Below, in pieces: positions 33,517-43,938 of a stretch of DNA of 64,000 bases; positions within the stretch are counted from its first letter, which is position 1; each line of letters opens with the position of its first letter. Origin of the DNA: Chitinophaga pinensis (GTDB taxonomy: Bacteria > Bacteroidota > Bacteroidia > NS11-12g > UBA955); the NCBI GenBank assembly GCA_945860565.1, contig CAMAQS010000002.1, positions 1,951 to 65,950 on the forward strand, given 5' to 3'. The notes under the pieces were generated by a model. It worked only from the letters and a program-made list of their open reading frames with translations, was not told where the DNA came from and did no database searches. A program made the translations under genes and the position numbers.

Positions 33517-36500
33517 ATGAAAGGATTGTCCTTGTTAATGAAAGGTTTAATGGTGGTGCTTTTTACCACTGTTTTTTCGGTGAATGATGTATTGGCGCAG
33601 ACTTGTGTGATTACGTATGACGGTTCTGCCTGTGTGGGTGTTCCTATTCGTTTTACGGGTTCTGCCTCTGGTACCGGACACGAATGGACCTTTACAGATG
33701 GTGGAGTAGACAACAAAACCAGTGGTACAGTAAATGTAAACTTTGCCTTTAAAACGGCGGGTACAAATAAAGTAACCTACATTACAACAGTAAATGGAAC
33801 TAAGTGTACGGCAACTTTAAACATTACAATCAAAGAGAAACCAGAAATTAAATTAAACATTATTACATTAGACAGTCAATGTTTTTTGAACAACCTGTTT
33901 TGTTTTACAGACAGCACCAAAAATAAGAATGGCGCAAAGATTGTAAATACCAAATATGTTGTTTCTGATGGTCAGTTGTTTGAATATGATTTTCCACCAT
34001 CAGTGATGCCAAATCAATTGTGTTTTTCAATTCAAGACGTAAGAGGTGGTTCATTTGACTTATATACTGAAACAGTAGACGAAAATGGTTGTGTAGATAC
34101 CATGAACTGGAAAGGTGCTGTATTTGTTCGCGAAAAAATTGGTGCGGCATTTACAAGTAACAAACCAGTACAATGTGATAGTGTACAAGCCAAAATTAAA
34201 AATGTTAGTAGAATTAGCCAAAGTGCAGTGAAAAGCATTATTTGGTATTGGGGGGATGGTTCAACAAGTACCGAATGGGGTCCAGATATTAACAAATGGT
34301 TTTATGGACAAGGTGTTTATGATTCCAAAATGATTATAGAAACCTATGATGGATGTAAAGATTCATTTAAAATGTCAGCGACTGCTACTGTATTCCAGTC
34401 TAAAGCTCGAATAATAACCGATAAAGATTCTACTTGTATTTCTGCACCCGAAATTAAATTCTCTGTAAATGTGGTACCATCAGGTGCTTCTGGATTGTTG
34501 TGGAATTTTGGTGACCCGAATTCTGGTCCACAAAACACTAATGTCAGAACATGGTCTCCTGCTCACTCATTTACAGGCTTAGGCCCATTTTTGATTCGTT
34601 TGTCTTATACGCATCCAATTTGTGGTCCACAAGAGGCATACGATACAATTATTATATTGGGACCCTCTTCAGGCATTGAAGCGGCCTTCCAAAGAGTGCC
34701 AGATTGGCAAGTTTTCCAGTGTCCAAAGGACATCATGGATACGGTATTCTTTACCCGAAATTTATCAACTTTTTACCATAACGACCACGATTATACCGAC
34801 GACGATAGTACGTTCTACAAAGCTGGGGGTTCTGCATTGGGTCATAATTTCCAAAAGGCACCAAATGGTAAACCCATTCAAATTTGGCAAAAGCCTTTGC
34901 GCAATGAAAAGAATCTCAATGGAACATCAACTGTTTATGCAGGCGGAACCATTGCACCAGGTGGCGGAAATGATGCATTAAAACGTGAACGCGTTTGTGC
35001 CACTCGACTATGGGATTTTGGCGATAATTTTGGTTCGAAATGTACGACGGATATTACACGAAACAAGAATATAAATGTAAACTGTGCGTTTTCTCATGAT
35101 TCCACACCTTTTCACTATTATAAGTCATGGGATTTGGTGTTGTTATCTGATTTCAAGAGTGCTCCAATGGAAGATGCAATCTTTATAGACAGCAACGGTT
35201 TATGTAAAAGAGTAAATATTTTCCCTGATACATTTTTCTATATTTTTTATGATACAATCGTTACCATTCCTCAAACGGCTGCGGATAGTGCTGATTATTT
35301 AGCCAGTGGAATAAAAGGAATTGCTTCATACAAAAAAGAGAAGGTGTTTAAAGGAAAGGGTGAACGCTTCATGGAAGACTTTGTGATAATGAGACTTCGC
35401 GCCGGTGACACTGCATGGGTGAGTCCTGTAGGGGGATCTGGTTATTCTCGATTAATTGGTCCAAGGGATACATTGCTAAGACCAAAACAAACTGTTCAAT
35501 TGCGTTCTGATGGAGATTGGGCTGAATTTTTATATACTGTGCATTTAAAGAGAGATACTTTACCTAAAGCTGTATATGGAATACGCACGGCTAAAGGCGA
35601 AAAACCGAATATTATTGATTCATTTAAACGCATTCCTCAAGGAAAAATGGGCTTTGATTATTTTATTAATTATAACAGATGGAGACAATTGTACTATGCA
35701 AGAATTCCAGCATGTAACAATGTGAAATTAACACACAAAGATACTTGTCACCCATTGAAATGCGAAAGTGAAGCAATTAAACAACTTTCTATGCTACACG
35801 CCAATGCGGGTGGTGTTGGAAGTGGATTGATTAAAGACGCGGTAGAATGTTTGGGTTCTCAAAATCCATCCTATGGTGTTACATTTATATTGAGTGATTT
35901 GAAACCGGGATGTACTTTCACCGATGTTCAAATAAATTATGATACTTTTTGTGATCCGAATGCATGGGTAGGTTTGGCTGGATTGTCTCCAGGAGGCAGA
36001 CCTTTGAATCCTCCATTGCCATTCTGGAATACAGGTTACCAATTGGCAGGAAATCCTCCAAGTAGATATTCTCAAACGTATAGCCCATCTGCAGTGTGTA
36101 ATACAGCAACAGGTTGCGTTACCGTAGGTATCATTGTTGGTAATGGTATTGCTAAACCAGGTGGGAATAACGCTAAGCGTCCATTGTGTCAAGATACTCA
36201 GTACTACGATCGATTTGCTTGTTTCCCATTAATAGATACAGATTTTGAAATTGTAACACCTTTGAAAAATGCATTGGGTGATTATAAAATTTGTAAGTGG
36301 GATGAAATTATAGCAAGACCGATTAAAAATAATAAAACCAAAATTCGTGATTTGAAATCATTGCGTTGGTTGTTGCAAACCGGTGATGCTGCGCCAACTT
36401 GGTCTAGAAGCTGGAATACCTACATACAAGAAGATTATTTCCACTACCAAGATAAGGTTCCTGGAAAAAATCCAAAATACTTATACAACTATATGGTTCA

Positions 36501-38988
36501 AACCCGTGGTTCTGAAACGCCACGTCAGTTGGATTGCTCAGACGAGTGGTCTGATGGTACCTCTAAGCGTTTTGACGGTCCAGATACTTTATTCACTGCT
36601 GAAATAAGAGATTATACAATTGGTGCAGACGTTTCTGCTGTTTGGGATAGAATCAAAGGTCGTTTAGAAGCACGTGGATTTGATCCATTTGCAGTGCCCG
36701 ATACCACCATAGCAAAAATGATTTGGAATAACAAGGGAGTAATTGGATCTCCAAGTTCTGGTGCTTATGGTTGTATTGATACCGCAGGTTTTGGTAAAGA
36801 CATTAAATTCTACTTTATACCAAACCCAGATTCTACTACTGTTTTACACCATAGAGATTCTACCATTATACCTTTAGATTCTTGGGTTAACCCATTAACT
36901 AAACAAAAAATAGCCGCTTACAGATTTGTTCCACGTTGGTCTGGTTTTCATATTTTGAGTTTGAGTATGACATCTTCAAACGGTAAATGTGATAAAGTAG
37001 GTGCATTCCCAATTATAGTTGGTTTTGCCATGGGCTTAAAAATCGCCGATACATTGGTTTGTCAAGATCAAGGAAGCACGTTAAAAGTAGCTCCGGATTA
37101 TCGTTATTGGTCAACCGATCCACAAAATATGGGTCAATTCGACTGGAACTACTATTGGAATGCTGATCCAACTCAAAATCCAACACAATACGATTATTGG
37201 AAGGATGCAGCGCGTATTGCAGCTAGAAATCAAGGAGATACAAATAAAGAGTTCCGTACCCGTTGGGATTGGAGTAAAGCCGATGATGACATAAATGATC
37301 CTCAAACTATATTTGGTGGTTCACCTTATGGAGGGGCCGGTTCTGGAACTACAAATAATCCTTGGGTACAATTGGGTGGTGGTAGCACAATTTATTACAC
37401 CAACGATTCAGGAGTATATACCTTTAGAAATATTGCAGGTGACTCTACTGGTTGCCAAGATACCATTACTAAGCGCGTGTTTATCTCACGTTTAGATGTG
37501 AAATTTGACTTGAACCTCGAAGTGCCAAGTTGTAACTCCATCATTGAGTTCTTTGACTCTTCATTATTACATGATCCTTGTAATTGGGCAATTAAAAACT
37601 GTAATGGTCCTAGCCCAGTGACCTGCGATTTCGTAAATAAATGGTTTATTAATTGGGGTGATGGTTTAGACAACTATTACGAAAGAAATGCTTCAAATTT
37701 ACCTGGATTACCTCCTCGTATTGCACACAAATACACCCGCAATGGCTGGTTCCAGATTAAATATCGTTTGACCACCAAATTGGGTTGTGAAGATACATTT
37801 AGTCGTTGGTTAAAGATTCCTGGCCCACGTCCATCTTTCGAATTCACAACCAAAGCAGGAAACTTTGTTACCATTTGCGCAGGTGATAGCATTGAATTTA
37901 CAAACACAACCGACAGTGCTGGTCCTCAGTCTGATTGGACTTGGTACTTCGGAGATGGTGAAATTTTTAATTCTAGCACCAAACAGTTCTATCATGCTTA
38001 CAAGAATCCAGGAGTATACCGCATTTTCTTGGAACAATATGATAGTTTGATTGTGCCTCCGAATATTCGTAAATTCTGTCCAGCAATCTTCCCTGATACA
38101 CCTTTCCAAGCTGCATTCACTGTATTGGTATTGCCACGTGATTCAGTTAGAGGGTTGGTTTTGAGACCAAGTATTTGCCCAGGTGATAGCAACATATTCA
38201 TTGATAGCTCAGATGCAATTTTGAAAGTATATAAATGGAAATTTGAACACTATAGCAGTGCATTGGGTCAATGGGTAACAGACACCGCAACCACTACAAA
38301 CAGGCGTTATGCGAAGATGTTTAGTGATCCAGGTGTTTATCGTGTGACGCATTATGCAGAATATAATCCTTCACATCCTAGACCTTGGTGTCCTACAGAT
38401 TTGAAAACTATGAATTTCACAGTGGATTCAGTGGTTTCTGATTTTGACATCGATTCTTCAAACAAACCGGACTTTAATTTTACCCGTACTGATCTAAATG
38501 GCGTAGAATGGCGTTGGGGCTTTGGTCACCAATATGATATCACCAAGAACCAACCTCGTACCTTTATTGAAAATCTGAAATCAACCGATAGAATTGTTAA
38601 ATGGTCTTACGATAGTTCTAATGTGTATTGGGTTTGTTTAATTACCAAAAACTCAACTGGTTGTGAAGACACCATCTGTAAGAAGGTAACCGTAGACTTG
38701 TTTGTTTATTTGGCAAACGTCTTTACCCCTGGTAATGGTGACAATAAAAACGATGACTTTAGAGTGCCAATTCAAGGTCAAGACATCTTCGAAATTAGAA
38801 TCTTTAACCGTTGGGGTGAAAGAGTCTTCTTCTCTGAAGATCCGAAAGTTAGATGGAATGGTAAAATCAATAATGATGGACCAGAAGCACCTTCAGGAAC
38901 ATACTTCTATCAATTAGAATATAGATTTAAAGGAAAAGAGAAAGTGAATCGTGTGAATGGTTCAGTGAACTTGATTCGTCCTAACTAA
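33517..38988 (+). CDS. Giant (~1820 aa) cysteine/tryptophan-rich cell-surface protein with CHU_C (T9SS type B) C-terminal domain; adhesin-like
   Basis: Signal peptide (MKGLSLLMKGLMVVLFTTVFSVNDVLAQ), many repeated Ig/PKD-like modules, and the terminal NVFTPGNGDNKNDDFRV...GTYFYQLEY... CHU_C domain. The ORF track start at 33415 is trimmed to the signal-peptide Met. Confidence 0.7.
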   Translation: MKGLSLLMKGLMVVLFTTVFSVNDVLAQTCVITYDGSACVGVPIRFTGSASGTGHEWTFTDGGVDNKTSGTVNVNFAFKTAGTNKVTYITTVNGTKCTATLNITIKEKPEIKLNIITLDSQCFLNNLFCFTDSTKNKNGAKIVNTKYVVSDGQLFEYDFPPSVMPNQLCFSIQDVRGGSFDLYTETVDENGCVDTMNWKGAVFVREKIGAAFTSNKPVQCDSVQAKIKNVSRISQSAVKSIIWYWGDGSTSTEWGPDINKWFYGQGVYDSKMIIETYDGCKDSFKMSATATVFQSKARIITDKDSTCISAPEIKFSVNVVPSGASGLLWNFGDPNSGPQNTNVRTWSPAHSFTGLGPFLIRLSYTHPICGPQEAYDTIIILGPSSGIEAAFQRVPDWQVFQCPKDIMDTVFFTRNLSTFYHNDHDYTDDDSTFYKAGGSALGHNFQKAPNGKPIQIWQKPLRNEKNLNGTSTVYAGGTIAPGGGNDALKRERVCATRLWDFGDNFGSKCTTDITRNKNINVNCAFSHDSTPFHYYKSWDLVLLSDFKSAPMEDAIFIDSNGLCKRVNIFPDTFFYIFYDTIVTIPQTAADSADYLASGIKGIASYKKEKVFKGKGERFMEDFVIMRLRAGDTAWVSPVGGSGYSRLIGPRDTLLRPKQTVQLRSDGDWAEFLYTVHLKRDTLPKAVYGIRTAKGEKPNIIDSFKRIPQGKMGFDYFINYNRWRQLYYARIPACNNVKLTHKDTCHPLKCESEAIKQLSMLHANAGGVGSGLIKDAVECLGSQNPSYGVTFILSDLKPGCTFTDVQINYDTFCDPNAWVGLAGLSPGGRPLNPPLPFWNTGYQLAGNPPSRYSQTYSPSAVCNTATGCVTVGIIVGNGIAKPGGNNAKRPLCQDTQYYDRFACFPLIDTDFEIVTPLKNALGDYKICKWDEIIARPIKNNKTKIRDLKSLRWLLQTGDAAPTWSRSWNTYIQEDYFHYQDKVPGKNPKYLYNYMVQTRGSETPRQLDCSDEWSDGTSKRFDGPDTLFTAEIRDYTIGADVSAVWDRIKGRLEARGFDPFAVPDTTIAKMIWNNKGVIGSPSSGAYGCIDTAGFGKDIKFYFIPNPDSTTVLHHRDSTIIPLDSWVNPLTKQKIAAYRFVPRWSGFHILSLSMTSSNGKCDKVGAFPIIVGFAMGLKIADTLVCQDQGSTLKVAPDYRYWSTDPQNMGQFDWNYYWNADPTQNPTQYDYWKDAARIAARNQGDTNKEFRTRWDWSKADDDINDPQTIFGGSPYGGAGSGTTNNPWVQLGGGSTIYYTNDSGVYTFRNIAGDSTGCQDTITKRVFISRLDVKFDLNLEVPSCNSIIEFFDSSLLHDPCNWAIKNCNGPSPVTCDFVNKWFINWGDGLDNYYERNASNLPGLPPRIAHKYTRNGWFQIKYRLTTKLGCEDTFSRWLKIPGPRPSFEFTTKAGNFVTICAGDSIEFTNTTDSAGPQSDWTWYFGDGEIFNSSTKQFYHAYKNPGVYRIFLEQYDSLIVPPNIRKFCPAIFPDTPFQAAFTVLVLPRDSVRGLVLRPSICPGDSNIFIDSSDAILKVYKWKFEHYSSALGQWVTDTATTTNRRYAKMFSDPGVYRVTHYAEYNPSHPRPWCPTDLKTMNFTVDSVVSDFDIDSSNKPDFNFTRTDLNGVEWRWGFGHQYDITKNQPRTFIENLKSTDRIVKWSYDSSNVYWVCLITKNSTGCEDTICKKVTVDLFVYLANVFTPGNGDNKNDDFRVPIQGQDIFEIRIFNRWGERVFFSEDPKVRWNGKINNDGPEAPSGTYFYQLEYRFKGKEKVNRVNGSVNLIRPN

Positions 38989-39006
38989 TAGAGATTCATA
39001 CAAAAT

Positions 39007-39046
39007 AAAAAGAGGGGCTGCCAAGTATGGTAGCCCCTCTTTTATG
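39007..39046 (+). terminator. Rho-independent terminator (hairpin copy A)
   Basis: A 13-bp stem, aagaggggctgcc/ggtagcccctctt, with one G-U pair, followed by TTTTAT. Confidence 0.5.
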
Positions 39047-39189
39047 GGTTTTATTGAGGATATTTTACCAAAATAGCCGTTAGATTGCTCATGCCAATTT
39101 GTATTTTGACAGAGTATTTTTACTAAGGAAAGTCGATGTATACTAGTCGTAAATAGCAATATCGAAGTAGTTTAATTTGAATTTATGGT

Positions 39190-39229
39190 TTAAAATAGAA
39201 GAGGCTACCCCAATAGGTAGCCTCTTCTT
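39190..39229 (-). terminator. Rho-independent terminator for fhs (hairpin copy B, sequence-related to copy A)
   Basis: A perfect 12-bp stem, gaagaggctacc/ggtagcctcttc. A T-run follows on the minus strand. Confidence 0.45.
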
Positions 39230-39322
39230 GTAAGCGTTTTATTGATTTTAATTTACCCGAATGGACATTGGCTTGTTTCGTTAAATTTCACGAAGTCGAA
39301 ACTCTAAACTGCCATTTTAGAT

Positions 39323-40987
39323 TTAACTAAGCCCCGTGATTTTTCCATTTACAACATCCATTCCCAATGCGGAAGGCTCTTTAGGTAAACCAGGCATGCG
39401 CATGATGTCACCGGCAACGGCTACAACAAATTCTGCACCTGCATTGATAATAAGTTGGTCTATGCGAATGGTGAAGTCTTTTTCAATACCCACTTTTTTC
39501 GCATTGTCTGAAAAAGAAAATTGTGTTTTTGCTATGCAAACGGGCCATTTGTCTGCACCCATTTCCTGAATTTGCTTCAATGCGGTTTTGGCACCTTCTC
39601 CCAATATGATGTTTTTTCCACCGTAAACTTTTTGAACTATTTTTTCTATTTTGTTTTCAATGCTGTCTTCCAATTCGTATGTATGGTTAATTGGTTTTGA
39701 TGGATTGTTTTCTACGATTTCTACTACTTTTCTGGCAAGTTCAATGGCGCCATCTCCACCTTTGGAAAATCCTTGGTTGCGAGCAAAAGCGGCACCCAAT
39801 CCACTACAAAAATCTTCAACCATTTGAAGTTCTTCTTCTGTATCAAAATGGAATTGATTTAATGCCACTACCACAGTTTGTCCGAAGTTTTGTAAATTTT
39901 GAACATGTCGTTCTAAGTTTAACAAACCCTTCTTTAATCCATCCATATTTGGTAATTTAATTTCGCTTTCTGGAACCATACCATGCAACTTTAAACTCTG
40001 AGTAGTGGTAACTAAAACCGTCGCTTTTGGATTCAATCCTGCCGCTCTGCATTTTATATTTAAGAATTTTTCAGCACCCAAATCGCTTCCGAATCCAGCT
40101 TCGGTTACAGTATATTCGCTGTGTTGCAAGGCTGCATACGTTGCCATAATGCTGTTGCAACCATGTGCGATATTCGCAAAAGGTCCACCGTGAATAAAGG
40201 CAGCTCCTCCTTCTAAGGTCTGTACCAAGTTAGGTGATATGGCATCTTTTAATAGGGCCATGATTGCGCCGGTAACACCTAAGTCGTTTACCCTGAAAGT
40301 TTTCCCTTCAAAAGTATATCCCAATAGAATTTGACCGATTCTTCTGCGAAGGTCTACCATGGAAGTAGACAAACATAAAATTGCCATTATTTCGGATGCA
40401 GGAGTAATATCGAAGCCTGCCTCTTGAGGGATTCCGTTTGTTGGTCCCCCCAAACCAGAAAGAATATTCCGCAACGAACGGTCGTTTACATCCAACACCC
40501 TTCTCCATAAAACACGCTTTAGTTGAGTTGGTTTCCCGCGATGGTTGTATTGATAATTGTCTACCAAAGCAGCCAATGTGTTGTTTGCGGAAGTTATAGC
40601 GTGGAAATCACCTGTAAAGTGTAAATTGATGTCTTCCATTGGCAATACCTGCGAATACCCGCCGCCTGCAGCGCCGCCTTTCATTCCAAAGCATGGTCCC
40701 AAAGAAGGTTCTCTCAAAGCAACAATTGCATTTTTTCCAATTTTTTGCAATCCCTGCGTCAAAGCCACCGAAGTGGTTGTTTTTCCACTTCCACTTTTAT
40801 TTGGTGTGGTGGCGGTAACCAATATTAAATTGCTTTGGGCGATGCGGTTTTTGTCTGGGGTAAAATCAATTTTGGCTTTGTACTTGCCATACGGTTCAAG
40901 TGCATCTTGGTGGATGTTTAAATCATCGGCTACAGATTGTATTGGCCTCAATTTGGCCTGTTGGGCTATTTCAATATCACTTAACAT
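39323..40987 (-). CDS. fhs: Formate--tetrahydrofolate ligase
   Basis: MLSDIEIAQQAKL... N-terminus, the P-loop TPNKSGSGKTTTSVAL, about 555 aa. The ORF track start at 41170 adds a spurious 61-aa extension that overlaps mnmE. Confidence 0.9.
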   Translation of the reverse strand: MLSDIEIAQQAKLRPIQSVADDLNIHQDALEPYGKYKAKIDFTPDKNRIAQSNLILVTATTPNKSGSGKTTTSVALTQGLQKIGKNAIVALREPSLGPCFGMKGGAAGGGYSQVLPMEDINLHFTGDFHAITSANNTLAALVDNYQYNHRGKPTQLKRVLWRRVLDVNDRSLRNILSGLGGPTNGIPQEAGFDITPASEIMAILCLSTSMVDLRRRIGQILLGYTFEGKTFRVNDLGVTGAIMALLKDAISPNLVQTLEGGAAFIHGGPFANIAHGCNSIMATYAALQHSEYTVTEAGFGSDLGAEKFLNIKCRAAGLNPKATVLVTTTQSLKLHGMVPESEIKLPNMDGLKKGLLNLERHVQNLQNFGQTVVVALNQFHFDTEEELQMVEDFCSGLGAAFARNQGFSKGGDGAIELARKVVEIVENNPSKPINHTYELEDSIENKIEKIVQKVYGGKNIILGEGAKTALKQIQEMGADKWPVCIAKTQFSFSDNAKKVGIEKDFTIRIDQLIINAGAEFVVAVAGDIMRMPGLPKEPSALGMDVVNGKITGLS

Positions 40988-41108
40988 ATTCGTAAAAATA
41001 GTCTTTTTGAGAATACCAAACCAACTGTTTTCATTTTCTTGATTAGATTGTCCAAAATCACTGACACTAATTTCGTGAGATTCACATTCTAGCTGTAACT
41101 TTGTTTGA

Positions 41109-42488
41109 ATGAATATGTCAGATACAATTGTTGCAAGGGCTACGCCAGCTGGAATCGGTGCATTGGCCATCGTGCGATTGTCTGGCCCAATAGTTTTGAA
41201 TGTTTTGTCCCAACTTAACCGTAAAAATGGGTTTGAAATGGATTCACATACGGTTCGTTTTGCGCGTTTATACGATACATTGGGATTGATTGATGAAACC
41301 GTAGTTTCTTATTTTAAAGGACCGCGTAGTTTTACGGGGGATGATATATTGGAAATATCAACACATGGCAGTGATTACATTGTAAGTCGGTTAATCAACG
41401 CCTGTGTTTTGTTTGGATGTCGGTTGGCAGAACCTGGTGAATTTACACAGAGGGCATTTTTGAATGGCAAGATAGATTTGGCCCAGGCTGAGGCAGTTGC
41501 TGATCTAATAGCAGCTGAACACCGCTACGCGCACGATATGGCCTTAAATCAATTAAGAGGGGGTTTTTCGGGGGATATTTCATTGTTGAGGGAGCGTCTT
41601 TTGAATTTTACCGCACTAATTGAACTCGAATTGGATTTTGGTGAAGAAGATGTGGAATTCGCATCACGCTCTGAATTGCGCAATTTGGTTACATCCATCA
41701 AACAGAGAGTCGACGAAATGGGGGATTCATTCGCTCTTGGAAATGCACTGAAAAGAGGATTTACTTTAGTTTTAGCTGGCCGACCAAATGCAGGAAAAAG
41801 TACCTTGTTTAATTCATTGTTGAATGAAGACAAAGCCATTGTGAGCGATTTAGCCGGCACCACTCGTGATGCCATTGAAGACAATTTGAATTTATCCGAT
41901 TTTGTAGTGAGATTGGTTGATACCGCGGGCATCCGCGAAGCCACAGACGCCATAGAAAGAGAGGGCATTAACCGCACCTTCAAACACATTGAAGCCAGTG
42001 GAGCAACCCTGTATATTTTTGACGCATCGGAATTTGATTTTGAAGAACTCTTCGATGATTTACAAAAACTCCAGGCCAAAACCAATAGGGTATGGGTGGT
42101 AGCCAATAAAATGGATTTGAATGTGTCGGACTTGGATTTGTTGTCTACCAACATCCAAGCGAAAACCGGTTATCTGCCTTTATTTGTTAGTGCCAAAGAT
42201 AAAACCCAACTAAACGAGCTCAAAGCGGAAATTTCAAACCGTTTCAAACAAGATTTATCCGATTTAACCGACCAAACCGTGGTAACCAATGTCCGCCATG
42301 CCAATGCGCTAAACGCTTGTTCCGCGGAACTCGAAAGTTTGTTATACGGCATCGATAACGGTTTAACTGGCGATTTATTGTCTTTCCATCTCCGCTCGGC
42401 CATTTCATACCTTGCCGCCATTACAGGTAAGATAGACAATGAAGAGGTCTTGGGGACGATTTTTAGCAAGTTTTGTATCGGTAAATAA
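41109..42488 (+). CDS. mnmE: tRNA modification GTPase MnmE
   Basis: N-terminal IVARATPAGIGALAIVRLSG, the G-domain GRPNAGKSTLFN...DTAG...NKMD, and the C-terminal CIGK. Confidence 0.9.
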   Translation: MNMSDTIVARATPAGIGALAIVRLSGPIVLNVLSQLNRKNGFEMDSHTVRFARLYDTLGLIDETVVSYFKGPRSFTGDDILEISTHGSDYIVSRLINACVLFGCRLAEPGEFTQRAFLNGKIDLAQAEAVADLIAAEHRYAHDMALNQLRGGFSGDISLLRERLLNFTALIELELDFGEEDVEFASRSELRNLVTSIKQRVDEMGDSFALGNALKRGFTLVLAGRPNAGKSTLFNSLLNEDKAIVSDLAGTTRDAIEDNLNLSDFVVRLVDTAGIREATDAIEREGINRTFKHIEASGATLYIFDASEFDFEELFDDLQKLQAKTNRVWVVANKMDLNVSDLDLLSTNIQAKTGYLPLFVSAKDKTQLNELKAEISNRFKQDLSDLTDQTVVTNVRHANALNACSAELESLLYGIDNGLTGDLLSFHLRSAISYLAAITGKIDNEEVLGTIFSKFCIGK

Positions 42489-42501
42489 ATACAATGAAAA
42501 T

Positions 42502-43533
42502 ATGAATACTTCAACTGAATTTTTGAATCAGAATCGATTAATCGGTGATTCCTTGGCTGATAATATGGTTAATGAAATATTTGAAAAAAAGGATCAAGCT
42601 AATTTTTATAGGGTACTTCAGATGGATTCAACTGCTATAATGGAAGCAGAGGATTCGGAATTGAAATCTTTCCTTATGGATGTTCGGCCTTTGCCACAAT
42701 GGATTGACTCTAAGCGTATTTTAAAAGGACAAAAATTCTACAGGAAATTTGCCACGCCTATAATGACTTTATTAGGCGGCTTGTCCCTACCTTATTGTTA
42801 TGCAGCTTCCCCTGGTAACAAGGCCTTGTATTTGTCGGATAAGATGCGCAAATCTCCTGGAAAGCGATTGGTTGATACAGCAGATTTTATTATAACGGTT
42901 TCCACAGCCCTAAATATTTCAGAAAATAGCGAAGCTCAAATAAGTATTAATAAACTAAGGTTGATACATGCTATCGCCCGATATTATCTTCTAAATTCAG
43001 GTAATTGGTCTATGGAGTGGGGAACTCCAATCAATCAGGAAGACATGGCCGGGACCAATCTTGCCTTTTCATACATCATAGTTAATGGGTTACAGAAATC
43101 AGGTTATATGATTACGGAGCGTGAAAAAGAAAATTTTCTTGCATTGTGGAGGTACATAGGATACCAGCTTTATATCCAAGACGAATTACTTCCTTCCACA
43201 CTAAAAGAAGCAGAACTCCTTGAAAAAACCATCAGGAAACGACATTTCAAAGAATCTGAAGAAGGGTTTACGTTAGCAAAAGAATTGATTACATACTATA
43301 AAACAATGACCAAGGGCATGGATTCTTACCTTTTGGAATCTCAAATACGTTATTGTTTGGGCGCATTAGCCGCAGATTGTGTTGGTTTAAAGGCCGACAA
43401 ATTGAAAGATACCATTGTGCAAACACTTAATCTATTTCAGGAATCAACGAATTTTTACAAGGTTGATTCGGATAGCTTCACAAAAATGATGCAAAACCAT
43501 AAGCTACTGAAAAGTCAGTTGTCAAACCTGTGA
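42502..43533 (+). CDS. Hypothetical protein, DUF2236/MpaB-like oxygenase family candidate
   Basis: A 343-aa helical protein. RLIHAIARYYLL resembles the HxxxR core of DUF2236. Start trimmed to the ATG after the mnmE stop. Confidence 0.35.
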   Translation: MNTSTEFLNQNRLIGDSLADNMVNEIFEKKDQANFYRVLQMDSTAIMEAEDSELKSFLMDVRPLPQWIDSKRILKGQKFYRKFATPIMTLLGGLSLPYCYAASPGNKALYLSDKMRKSPGKRLVDTADFIITVSTALNISENSEAQISINKLRLIHAIARYYLLNSGNWSMEWGTPINQEDMAGTNLAFSYIIVNGLQKSGYMITEREKENFLALWRYIGYQLYIQDELLPSTLKEAELLEKTIRKRHFKESEEGFTLAKELITYYKTMTKGMDSYLLESQIRYCLGALAADCVGLKADKLKDTIVQTLNLFQESTNFYKVDSDSFTKMMQNHKLLKSQLSNL

Positions 43534-43903
43534 TGAAGTATTGAGGAAGGGGTCGTGTCACATTAATTATTTTGTTTTCGCCAATAGTGTCCCATTGATT
43601 TTTTCAATCTTCGTATTGCCGAATAAAAAAAGGAATCGACAGCGTCAATTGCTTTTTTAGTTATTAATGTCCTTTGTGCCTAGTTATAAATTCAACAATT
43701 AAAGCACTTCAAAATCAATCACTTAGTTTTGTTTAACACTTGTCCTAATGAACTTGACGACGTACAAGTAATCAGTACTTTGGATATTGAAATATATCTC
43801 AACAATTTGGTGTCTGATATTAATTGAGGGAAACGATTGATTTCAAGGGGACTTTTGGGCAAAATCGTTTTTCTATTGCATATTTTGAGTTTAAATAAAG
43901 CTT

Positions 43904-43938
43904 AAAAAAAATCCCTTCACTTGATGAAGGGATTTTTA
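43904..43938 (-). terminator. Bidirectional rho-independent terminator
   Basis: aatcccttca/tgaagggatt stem flanked by an A8 run and T5. Confidence 0.5.

Noticed and set aside
39323-41170. A 615-aa fhs ORF whose 5' end overlaps mnmE by 62 nt on the opposite strand
   Set aside because: The first 61 codons have no counterpart in Fhs proteins. The canonical N-terminus MLSDIEIAQQAK begins at the internal Met, which gives a start at 40987 and removes the overlap. It is an ORF-caller extension, not a real overlap or fusion.
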